A stretch of 64,000 bases of DNA from Ruditapes philippinarum (Eukaryota): assembly GCF_026571515.1 (NCBI RefSeq), contig NW_026859747.1, positions 248,001 to 312,000 of the forward strand, given 5' to 3'. The notes beneath the pieces were generated by a model. The model did no database searches and was not told the DNA's origin. It worked only from the letters and a program-made list of their open reading frames with translations. A program made the translations under genes and the position numbers. Positions 26,901 through 37,640 of the stretch are shown one piece after another (the stretch's first letter is position 1; every line of letters starts with the position of its first letter).

Positions 26901-28013
26901 AATTGAGTCTATAATAACTATGTCTGTATCTTATTGCTGATCTAAAAACCATGTGAAATAAGAAACCATGTGATATAAGTTTAGTTATATATAAGTTTAT
27001 CGTGCAAAGAAATCATATTTAATCAATTGTAATTTGGTTTTGTTTGTGTCCATAACCGAAGGTTTGACTTGCATATATCTGTATTAAAGGGTTTGCCAAT
27101 TATTGTGGATTTATTCATACGGAATGTTCCCATACGAACCCAGTGATGATAATGTTCCTTCGAATACTCATGGAAAACACTGAAAAGCATAGACAAACTG
27201 AGGTGAAAATGAAAAAAACTGTTGACATAGGTACTTATTTATTTATATCTTGTTGAATGATATATAGCGTTGCCTATACGCACACATTATTCTGTGTATT
27301 ACAGTTGTATCAATTTCAACTGAGATCTAGATGAAAATTTTTAAATGCATTTGTCGTCAATATTTGTAGTAGGGCACATACAAATGTTGGAAGAAAATAT
27401 TAAATATACATATTCTTGTGAGTAATTCAAAATTGATATATTTATCGTAAATAGAAAGTTGTGTTTCTGTGAGAAATATTGCTGATTGTGTTTTATTAGC
27501 TAATATAATTTTGATAGGGTGTGTAACTTCTACCGCTGATTATTTATTACTTATCTTTTACTTATATTTCCTTTTTGTCTATTCGATCTTTCTTCCTTTT
27601 AATAAACGTAAATGGGAATGTCAATATTAAATTTGATTTCAGAGGCAAATGGATTATCGATACAGGCGAGGACAAGGGCTCGAACTAATTGGTATTTGCT
27701 TTACACTTTACATAATAATCCAACAATTCGAGTTTACAGGAAAAGTTATCTGGATTATGTGAAACAAGTGCAAGAGCGTTTCGCCAAACAATACAAAATG
27801 AACAAATCTTCAATCGGAAATCTAGTTAAACATGTTAACAAATCACTTGTAAATGATGAAACAGTTTCTGTTGACGATGTTTCAGTGTTGACAAAAGCTG
27901 AAGCTGGATTTGGATTAACGAATGTTGACCATTGGAAAGTTTTGTTTGCTGTAAATAAATTCTTAAAGAAGGTACAAAATGATGACTCTGAGAATTCGCC
28001 GGAAAACGCATAA
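11987..28013 (+). CDS. STRA6L: STRA6-like membrane protein, tandem paralog B; 17 coding exons, exon 14 frameshifted with a stop as assembled (possible pseudogene)
   Basis: Exons: 11987-12057, 12454-12514, 13452-13537, 15840-15970, 18875-19038, 19583-19806, 20982-21067, 21317-21378, 21916-22087, 22790-22865, 23292-23370, 24583-24631, 25078-25192, 25730-25832, 26256-26419, 27090-27230, 27643-28013. Motifs: GRPGVIYPMNIL, YFPMF, DIPNLLCL, IYKREPGFRYSARM, FAGYQVAYITWG, DPGFANYCGF, RARTNWYLLYTLHNNPTIRVYRK. Exon lengths 172/76/79/49/115/164 are identical to paralog A. Confidence 0.88.
17015..17087. repeat. Perfect palindrome, 36-bp arms with a 1-nt spacer
   Basis: TAACGCTTCAAGCAATGTAAAAACTGTGTTGTAATA-G-TATTACAACACAGTTTTTACATTGCTTGAAGCGTTA. 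Confidence 0.95.
17490..18774 (-). mobile_element. Internally deleted Tc1/mariner-superfamily element with AAACG/ACGCACG subterminal repeats
   Basis: TA|CAGTAGGGTGAACGTTT ... AAACGTTTATACTACTG termini; AAACG-rich blocks at 17500-17730 and 18500-18765. Internal minus-strand ORF 18333-18097 (IRNLIIFYRHQRFNYSSIAKLL...SRQGVRQFLQNYQQTG) resembles a transposase N-terminal HTH. Confidence 0.7.
20153..20648. mobile_element. Probable MITE (inverted arms of 30-55 bp)
   Basis: TTTTCAATGCACTCAACATATTAAAATTGT (~20177-20206) is the reverse complement of ACAATTTTAATATGTTGAGTGCATTGAAAA (~20592-20621); weaker similarity continues outward. Confidence 0.65.
20664..20862 (+). repeat. GGGAGGGCTTTTGTCCG tandem motif block (7 copies), probably the subterminal region of a DNA transposon
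   Basis: Seven GGGCTTTTGTCC-like motifs at mostly ~30-bp spacing, ending TTTTGTCCTACACTCG. Confidence 0.8.
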
Positions 28014-29779
28014 GTCAAACGCACCTGAACAAGACGCTTTAACTTTTTTTATAATTTATTTTGAGTTTTTTAAAATGTACTGCTACAATTTATTGTATTG
28101 GTCTATCTGTCTTTTATGCGACATGCTAAATCAAGAATTATCTGCATGTTAAAAGATCTTTTTTCGTATAATTGCTTATTCTTGACGAATGCTTATTGTT
28201 CTGTATGTTATGCATAATGTTTCCTTTCTTCATAATTTGCTTGTTGTTACACACGATATACAGACAAATCATTTAAAATCATACTAATTGTTGTTAACAG
28301 TATGCCCAAGACATATATATTTTTCTGGTCCTTCAGAATAATTGATTCCAGCTTTTGAAGTGTTAAAAATTAAACACTGCTCAAGTCGATGTCAGAGCGT
28401 TTGAGTGATTTTGCACATTTTCATTAGAGGCTGCAATTTTCATGTAATTTTGCCCATTTTAATGCTTCCGAGGGATCACTTTTTTCAGATATTTAAACAT
28501 CACAACAACAGGAGTCATGTGCCGTGTGGCAGCCGTCGAAATTTTCCCCGTACTTCACCTCAGTGTTGCTATATTTTTCTGGTCCTTCGGGATAATTGAT
28601 TTCAGCACTTAAGTGTTTAAAATTGAATATCGCTCAAGCCGGTGCCAGTTGGGTGTTAGGGATGTTGCCCTTTTTTATTATCCCTATTGTACAGACTCAA
28701 TCAAACCGAGTATGCAGTTCATGTAATTTGTTATGTCATTGCTGCAGACATAACTGATTCGATGTTCATATAGTTGCAGAACGATAACTCTGGCTAACCT
28801 TATTTTTAAAGACTGATCCCCTATAAGATACGGTTCTTAAAATTTATATTCCTCTTACAACACTATGTCACCGCATTTCAACAACTGTGACGTAATAGTT
28901 TTTAACACCGACCCAATACATATATCCCGTACCTGTATAATTCTATAAAACAGGTGAGCGGATAACAATAAGAATTTCACTACAACGTTTTTGTTACAAA
29001 AATGCACAGTCTAATATTTTTGGTTAAATCTATTAAAATTATTCAATTAAGGTCAGAGTAGGGACTTTCAATAACTAAAGATAGTTTAAAATTGACATTC
29101 ATGTTATATACATATGGTTGCTGATTTGTACCATCCATGTTTTCGCCCCGAGACCCCGCCAAGCGAAAAGTCAAAAATTAACAAGTTAGAATAGCGGGGG
29201 CGAAGTTTAATAGAAAAACTTTGAGTATTGATTTGTGTGAGTTATTCCGTTTAAGTAACTTCTTTGAGTACATCAGAGAATTCAATGAGTGTTTAAGTAA
29301 AACACATGTTAACGACCTCCAAACATCGTTTAATTTCAATTTTAAGTGCTAGTGCATTTGTTAGTTTCCAAAATATATCCTTGGTGATTAATAATTTGCT
29401 AAGCAACAGAATTTTAGGAGTGTTTAGTTAGCATATTTAGAGAAACGAAATGGCATCACAAAATGTTATCTCACACTCTCAACATAATTTTCAATTTTAT
29501 TTCATTTATGAAACACTTGTATACATAATTTCATTAAATGCGTAATGCGACTTGTCAATACCCGAATACATCCGAATACAGCTAAATATTATTGTATTGT
29601 TACGCACCGTCTTAAATGAAAATGACACATTTGATAAAATATATAAAGCAGAATGTAATTGTAACCTTTTAAAAAGGATAAAAGTAAACTTATTTACAGA
29701 AAAGTTAGTAATTTTACAACAAGTTTACCCAACATTTATGTTATGGTTCAGAATTGTACACTTTTTAGGGGAGTTAACG

Positions 29780-29891
29780 TGTAAACGGTCGGAAAGCTCA
29801 GTCGGGAGAGCAGTGGTACGGTATTTCGAGGGTCCAGGGTTCGAGTCCCAGTCTAGTTTCACACTTTTCTCACACTATCACATTTGGCGCC
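29780..29891 (+). mobile_element. tRNA-derived short LTR-like unit followed by a primer-binding-site-like motif (Ajax-like), or a SINE head
   Basis: TGTAAACGG...AGCTCAGTCGGGAGAGC (A box)...GGGTTCGAGTCCC (B box)...CTATCACA, then TT-TGGCGCC. TG..CA ends plus a TGG PBS-like motif. Confidence 0.5.
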
Positions 29892-31373
29892 TTTTTTCTC
29901 TAGCGTAAACTATAGAAATATATTTATCAAAGTGCATTAATACAGTCCCCGTCAGGCTGCATATTTTCTCTCCTAAATAGTGAACAGTTCTGAATCGTGT
30001 CATTCTGTTAATTCCTTTTTCTATATTTGTACTGAAGTACAGAATTCAGACAGGAAACGACTTTTATAGATTAAGATATAGCTTTAATTTCGTGTGACAT
30101 TTGGGTTACAAAAGGTATTGTTGATACTGATAATGTTCAAGGTAGAAATATTGTCTGGAGTAGGTATTTGGTTGTATGTAAATTTCACTTTCACTTTAAA
30201 CATTAGCAGTATCAACAGAACTTTTGAAACCCAAACATCTTTCGACATTATAGCAGTATCACAATCTATGAAAGTAAGTTGTTTTCTGTTTTTATTCTGC
30301 ACTTATGTACACTAGCTTTTAATATATATAAAAGAACTCTAAATGATTTTAACCTATGTATATGCAGGTGAATATCCGTCAAAACTATATGTGTCGTGTT
30401 TATAGCCGAATGTTATTAATCTGTGTATGTTGACTGCATTCTTATTCATACATTTTAGTTTTGTCTTTCTTCTATGTATATTGATTTGCATACATGACTG
30501 TAAAATTTCAAATGTATGCACGCCAATGTAAGGAATAGTAATGAAAATTGTTAATGCTGAAATTGAATCATTGTTTTTGATTTAAGACTTGTGGAAAATG
30601 ACAAACTATTGTGTAGAAGGTAGTATTCAATACGTACTTTATAAAAGTGTCAAATTGTTAGTTTTAATGTTTTATGACATATGCTTAGTGAAAAATCTTT
30701 TTATATTTCATAAATATAATATGTTCTGTGTGATGGGTAAAGCCAAAATGCTTACGAATCTTGTCAACTAAAATTAAGGAAATTTTCCCAGCAAATTTTC
30801 CCTGTCCTTTTGAAACAGTAGAGACAGGTGAATATATAACAGGTTTATCTTAGAAAATGGCATTTATTCTATTAATTATTTTCATTATTTTGTTGTATTT
30901 TCTGTTTAATCAAATTATAAGAACGGAGAGGACGACCAAATATAAAAGAATGGAGGCGATGACTGATAACAGAATACGTAACAATGGAATATGAGAACAA
31001 ATGCATACAGCAAACACGGAACATACATAAGTACGTTACAGAACAAAGAACTTAACAGAACATCCAACAGCTCTTAAACAATAGCAACAATGAAATACCA
31101 CAATCTGACAAGAAAAAAAAAGAACAGAAAATTTCGAAAGTGAAACAGACAACAAAAACTTTAAAACAATTAAAACAATGAAAATACGTTAAGTGACATA
31201 ACAAAATAGGTAGACGGATGATTGAAATCCCGCTACTATTAGACGACAAAATAATTGTAAATACTTTTTAAGTTGTCAGCCATATAAATGATTTACTTTA
31301 TAGCAAATTCATTAGTTTTAAGTATGATTTTTTGAACTATCCAAAAAACCCTATCGATTTAAAGAAAGAAAAA

Positions 31374-31522
31374 NNNNNNNNNNNNNNNNNNNNNNNNNNN
31401 NNNNNNNNNNNNNNNNNNNNNNNNNNNNNNNNNNNNNNNNNNNNNNNNNNNNNNNNNNNNNNNNNNNNNNNNNNNNNNNNNNNNNNNNNNNNNNNNNNNN
31501 NNNNNNNNNNNNNNNNNNNNNN
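31374..31522. other. Assembly gap (N run)
   Basis: 149 consecutive N. Confidence 1.
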
Positions 31523-31573
31523 CCATGCGTGCGTATATGTATCTTTGTATGTATGAGACTTTCCAAAAGTATT

Positions 31574-31830
31574 TTTTACAAGACCCTTTTAAAAGGTCAA
31601 TTGTGAGAAAGACGACCTGGCAACATATTGAAGAATGAAGATGACCTTTGTCGTTTATTCTGTAAAAAATATTATAAAAAATAATATTCAATTTGAACAT
31701 TTTTGAAATAAGATTTTCCTAAAAAGAAGCACTATGGTTTTACAAGACCCTTTTAAAAGGTCAATTGTGAGAAAGACGACCTGGCTTACATATTGAAGAA
31801 TGAAGATGACCTTTGTCGTTTATTCTGTAA
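31574..31830. repeat. ~90-bp direct duplication next to the gap
   Basis: TTTTACAAGACCCTTTTAAAAGGTCAATTGTGAGAAAGACGACCTGGC...TTTATTCTGTAAA at ~31574-31665 and ~31738-31830. Confidence 0.85.
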
Positions 31831-32869
31831 ATTCATAGAACATGATTTATATGACAAAAACAAAACAAAAACAAAATAAACAACAAAAAACAACGAAAAA
31901 AAAACAAAAAACAACGAAAAACAACAAAAGAACAAAACATAAACACACCTACATACAACTCCATTTCGTAAGAACTTGATATTCAGTCAATTTTTACGAT
32001 TATGAAATAATAGGTTCACGAAGTACTGAAAATTGCCCTATCATCGAAACTCTTCAAACTTTGTAATATGATTGTCCAGGGAAGGCTTAAAAGTAAAACA
32101 TACAAATTTTTGTTTTCAAAACTATATTTTTGTTTCCATGGCAACGCAAAACAGAATACTTAAAATTATCTTTTTTCTCCATTTAGGTACATTTCTGATT
32201 GAAAGATTAACATTTGTTTCATTTATTTGTAAAACTTGCATTAAAGTTTGTAAAATCAAATATTTTGTTAGTTTCTTACAATGAAATTCAATTATAATCT
32301 CCATAGCAACCATTCTAAAAATAATTAGCTAAATGGTATCATATACTGAAAACTTCAGTATATTGAGCATTAAAATGTCAACATACAAAATCTATATCAA
32401 CATAAATAGTCATGTACTGAAATTATAGAATGTTAAATGTAAATACATAATCCCTGTTGCCATAGCAACGCTAAACAACATTCTTAAAATCGCTTTTTCT
32501 ATATTTAATTGCATGTATATTTCTCATTTAATGACTAACATTTGTTCCATATATTTGTAAAACTTGCCTTAACTTTTTAGATAAGAATATGTTGTTAGTT
32601 TCTCACATTGAAATTCAATTTTAATCTCCACAGCAACCATTCTTTTCATGTTTAGGTAAATTGTATCAAATATTGAAAATGTCAGTTTTTGCAATGTACA
32701 AAAAAACTACATGTGTATTACATTAATTATTATGTTTTGAATTCAAATTCAATGATAATCACCATAACAACTTTTCTTAACATGCTTAACTAAATTGTAT
32801 CATTAATTGAAAATGTCAGTTTTTGCAGTGTACAAAAAAAAACTACATGTATATTAAAGTAAATAATTA

Positions 32870-33970
32870 TGTTTTGAATTGAAATTCAATTATAATCTCT
32901 CTAGCAACCACTATTAACATTCTAGCTTAACAACAGTTTATGTAGTGTACAGAAACACTACATGTATATCAACATAAGTAATTATGTTTTCAATTGAAAT
33001 TCAATTATAATCTCTCTAGCAACCACTATTAACAATCTTAGCTTAACAACAGTTTATGTAGTGTACAGAAACACTACATGTATATCAACATAAATAATTA
33101 TGTTTTCAATTGAAATTCAATTATAATCTCTCTAGCAACCACTATTAACAATCTTAGCTTAACAACAGTTTATGTGGTGTACATAAACACTACATGTATA
33201 TCAACATAAATAATTATGTTTTCAATTAAAATTCAATTATAATCTCTCTAGCAACCACTATTAACAATCTTAGCTTAACAACAGTTTATGTAGTGTACAG
33301 AAACACTACATGTATATCAACATAAATAATTATGTTTTCAATTGAAATTCAATCATAATCTCTCTAGCAACCACTATTAACAATCTTAGCTTAACAACAG
33401 TTTATGTAGTGTACAGAAACACTACATGTATATCAACATAAATAATTATGTTTTCAATTGAAATTCAATTATAATCTCTCTAGCAACCACTATTAACATT
33501 CTAGCTTAACAACAGTTTATGTAGTGTACAGAAACACTACATGTATATCAACATAAATAATTATGTTTTCAATTGAAATTCAATCATAATCTCTTTAGCA
33601 ACCACTATTAACAATCTTAGCTTAACAACAGTTTATGTAGTGTACAGAAACACTACATGTATATCAACATAAATAATTATGTTTGTAATTGAAATTCAGT
33701 TATAATCTATATAGCAACAATTATTAATATTCTTAGCTAAATGGTATCATAAATTGAAAACTGTTACAACAGTTTATGTAGTGTACAGAAACTACATGTA
33801 TATTAATTATGTTTTGAATTGAAATTCAATCATAATCTCTGTAGCAACCACTATTAACAATCTTACCTTAACAATATTTTATGTAGTGTATAAAAAACTA
33901 CATGTATATTAACATCAATAATTATGTTTTGAAATGAAATTCAATCATAATCTCCATAGCAACCATTCTT
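32870..33970. repeat. Tandem array of ~116-bp units (~10 copies) inside the transposon; more degenerate copies extend back to ~32125
   Basis: The motif (T/C)ATAATCTC..TAGCAAC recurs at about 32891, 33006, 33122, 33238, 33354, 33470, 33585, 33701, 33832 and 33945. The central units are nearly identical. Confidence 0.95.
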
Positions 33971-34472
33971 AAAGTTTTAGATAATAAGGTTTCATATAAA
34001 TAGATCTGCTTTGAATATACAAAATGTAAAAAAGAATAAATACATAATTTCCATTATAGTTACTTGTACAATAAATATAATTGCATGTTATGTATGGTCA
34101 ACACATATTCCTTTTTATAACTTCATATGTTCATCATTTTTTTAATATGTTTGAAACAAACAGGAATTTCTGGGTACCATACAATGTACTATATGGGCAT
34201 TATCACTTAAAAAAGAGGAAGTCTGCACATCTATGATTACATGAATCAGTCTTTAAAATGAAAATATGCAGATTACAAAAATGATTCATAAAATGGCAAC
34301 AAAAACATTCATGTTCATTTATGAGTAATTAAGTAACAATGTCTTTTATCTTCATAACCTTTCACTTGCAGACTTAATTAAATGAAACAATCATTGGATA
34401 CATCACTTCTACAAATGTTATGTATATAAATAACAAGTCTGACAATATTACTGGTATGATTCCCTTTACTTA

Positions 34473-37266
34473 TTATTCCTCTACAATACTGTCTTCCGAG
34501 TCAGATGAATCTATTGGCTGCGGCATCTCGGCAGCATCATCAAGGTATTGAGTCCAGTCTTGTACTCCGTACCTGTCAGACTGCTGCCTAGATGTGCCTA
34601 GATACCAAATCACCGCAGCCACATGTGAACATGTTCCAACTGTCCGTGCACCAGCCTTGCACTGGCAGTACCAAGCCTTGACATGGTCTGAATCATACTG
34701 AATCCAAACAAAATAAGACTTGGACGATACATGACGACTTTGAAGCCTTACCCTCAACAAGTCTTTTGATTCTTTATACACCAAAATATCACAATCTCCA
34801 TCAAGGTACTCTTGTGCATATGACTGGCAAAGTTTCATTTGGTAGGTACCAAGAGTCAAAAGACTAAGAGTAAAATCATCTATGGAGGGGAAATTGTCAA
34901 TTTCTTGCACTGCTTGCCATTTTGAAATATTTCGCTTATACAGTTCATTTTCTTGAACATACGATTGTAAGTGGTTAACATTCTGGATTTTATCTCTCAT
35001 TCTCTCTGCTACAAGTGTGTCATCCATCAAATCTTTGGTTGCATTTAGAGGTGAAAGGTATTTGTTACATGTGGCACAAATAATGCGGACATAATCACCA
35101 ATGTACGGAACTTGATTGGTAGGCAATACATGGTCAAGATACTTCCATCTCTTTATTCGAGCATTTGATGCTTCAACTACCCATCTGACCTGAGAAAAAA
35201 AAACAAAAAATATATATCAATTATTAGAAACACATATGTGATAAAAAATTGCAAATCAATTGAATTGGTGTATTTATTCTAAAGAAAGTTGGATATCATA
35301 AAAAGAGCCACCGCAGAGTGGGGGCAACGCTCGACTTTTTTACTTTTTCTAATGGCAAAAAAACAGTAAAAACAAATCTAAAAAAGAAAAAAAGGGTCTT
35401 CCTTTTTTTTACATGTCTGTCTAGTCACACTTGTTATTTTGTTCAAGTATGAATAGTTTCGATAAATAATTTAAGATAAAATAATTAAAGAAAATATAAG
35501 CAAAATTTAATGATCAGACTAACACTTTGACAGTTAAAGGGACTCCACTGAGGTTTAAAAGCCTAAAACATAACATTAGAATTTCTTACATAATTTAACT
35601 GGGGCGCTTTAAACAGAAATATATGCAAAGATAGTTAAGAAATATACTTTAAAATAAATCGAAAATTGTAGTTTTATGCTTTTTCTTTAAAGTCTAATTT
35701 GAGTGAAAGCGTTTAAACGCTTTTCATTTTGGGTCATTTTTTTACAATTTGAATAATTATTATGGAAAAACCAAGTGAGCAAATGATCTAAACGGTTGCA
35801 CAAAGATTCATGGTCTACACCTATATCAATTGGTACATTTATCTGGAAAAAATATTTTCAGTCCCATCATGTCAAAAAAACTCAGTGGAGTCCCTTTAAG
35901 TTCATTTAAGAAAATAATGTGGTAAACGATAAATCATATATACCTTTGTTACTAACCGACTGTGGTTAGCGTCCATGGTTGTTAATTGTTTGGCACCTTT
36001 CGGCATGAACTTTGGCATTTGTGCTTTTATTCCCATCTCCTCCAGCACTTGCAGGGAGTCACGAAATCCACGGTCAACAACAAATATATCATTTGGCTGA
36101 GCCCAATTTTTGATTTCCTCTATGTTATTCCTTACTGCATGGTTTAAAATTCCTGAATCACTATTTTTAGAATCCGCAAGATATGGTCCTAATACGGAAA
36201 TAAAGTATCCAGTGGTGCTGACTATTACCATAGGTTTAACAAGTGGCCGCCCTTTATGTACACTATAAGAACGTCTTTGGAATTTGAAGTTTGTACTTTT
36301 TCTAATATATATGTATGTTCCATCTAAAACAATTATAGCTTGGCTGGCATTTTCTGCAAGTAGTGACTGTGATAGGGAACGAGTATGGCTTTTTATAATT
36401 TCTTCTCTTGATATGTGCTGGAAGCCAAGATATTTAGGAACAAGTTCAGAAACAAGCACTTTTCTGATTGTATGTACTGCTCTTCTTATGCTTGATTTAG
36501 ATACATCAAAAAGTGTTGAAAGAATTTTGTTTGATAATCCAGACTTAAGTTTAAACATAAATATACCCAGTGTAGTAATGTTGCTTCTAACTGGCGTATT
36601 TCTAACATGTTCTTCAGTAATAGAGCATAAATCTAAGAACTGTTCTTTGTTCAAACCTGTAAGATTGCACAAATCGTCATTTGAAAATGTATCAATATTG
36701 TCAAATGACATTCTATTAGACGATGAATTAAGTATACACTGTCTGACATTATTTATAACATTCACAATTGTAGTCCGGTTTAATAAAACAGACTCTAATG
36801 TTTTTACGTTATCTAAAACATTTGCTTGGAAACCATTACGATTATTATTCAGGTGAGCAGGGCAACACCTACTGTCAGCTGTTATGAGGATATTATGCTT
36901 CACAAGTGTTTCTGTTCTAAGTTTTGATGGAACAACAATTAATTTAGATCCTACTTTCTTACAAATGAAACAGTATGAATGACTTTTTGAAATTGTTTTT
37001 AAGCTCAAAGAAACCGATGGTGGACTTGGCAATTGTTGAATATCATTCTTTTCTGCTGTGACAGGAACAGGACATGCTGATATTATAGGTCTTTGGTTAT
37101 GCTGAGAAGGATATGCCGGTCGGCTACATTTTCCACATATGTAGTCAGATTTTGAAGTTTCAAGCATGAACGTTTTTCTGAGATACCGGATAAGATATGG
37201 ATTCACAGGCCTCCTTTGATGTATCTTTAGTCTTTTCCCACACAAAACGCATGGAGTTGGAGCCAT
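34473..37266 (-). CDS. Spliced DDE transposase of the PIF/Harbinger-ISL2EU group (N-terminal Cys/His Zn fingers, HTH, DDE_Tnp_4-type core, C-terminal SWIM-type finger), ~679 aa
   Basis: Two ORFs joined by a GT-AG intron: exon 37266-35944 (MAPTPC...LVTK) and exon 35189-34473 (VRWVVEASNARIKRWK...IVEE*). Catalytic triad motifs VLDGTY, VVDRGF, RWVVE. YSVHKGRPLVK motif; HTH region LTGLNKEQF...LSTLFDVSKSSIRR; CQCKAGARTVGTCSH SWIM-like finger. No stops or frameshifts. Confidence 0.9.
35538..35895. mobile_element. Non-autonomous Kolobok-type MITE nested in the transposase intron
   Basis: TTAA|AGGGACTCCACTGAG ... CTCAGTGGAGTCCCT|TTAA: perfect 15-bp TIR, TTAA TSD, and purine (AG) termini, which fit Kolobok better than piggyBac (CC termini). 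A related single terminus, ATGGAGTCCCT|TTAA, occurs near 59838-59852. Confidence 0.8.
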
Positions 37267-37561
37267 CCTAGAATAGAATATAAACATTATAGAATTAAAT
37301 TAAATAAATTCAGATTCAATTGATGCATCTAGTTTAATGAAAGAGATCTATGTTTAAAATTTCTCCATTATCAATTAAAAAGATAAGTTAAAAATAATTG
37401 ATTGCAACTGTTACAAGTAGTATTTCTTTGGTTACCAGTTTATCAACACTATTTCTCTTGTAGAAATTATGAAAATATTATTTGAATAGGAGCTTTGAAA
37501 TATTAAATCTAGTATGACAACAATTAAAAAAAAAAAAAAAAAAAAAGGAAGGAAGAAAAAA

Positions 37562-37640
37562 AATTGTACCTCATCTAGGTTTCGAACTCTGACCCTTTCA
37601 CATGCCATGCCATCGTTACAACCACTGCGCCATGAAGACT
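37562..37640 (-). other. Degenerate tRNA-like/Pol III cassette (A box, B box, T-run) inside the transposon, upstream of the transposase
   Basis: Minus strand reads GTCTTCATGGCGCAGTGGTTGTAACG...AGAGTTCGAAACCTAGATGAGGTAC followed by T-runs. A box TGGCGCAGTGG and B box GTTCGAAACC have tRNA-like spacing; the anticodon arm does not pair. Confidence 0.55.

Noticed and set aside
29790-29860. Functional tRNA gene
   Set aside because: A and B boxes are present but the acceptor and anticodon stems do not pair; treated as a tRNA-derived repeat.
32870-33970. Regular array next to a nuclease-like gene as a CRISPR-like or guide array
   Set aside because: Units are near-identical along their whole length with no unique spacers; eukaryotic context; the neighbouring protein is a DDE transposase with no RuvC or HNH motifs visible.
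36284-36856. 190-aa + strand ORF
   Set aside because: Antisense shadow of the transposase exon, with no recognisable motifs.
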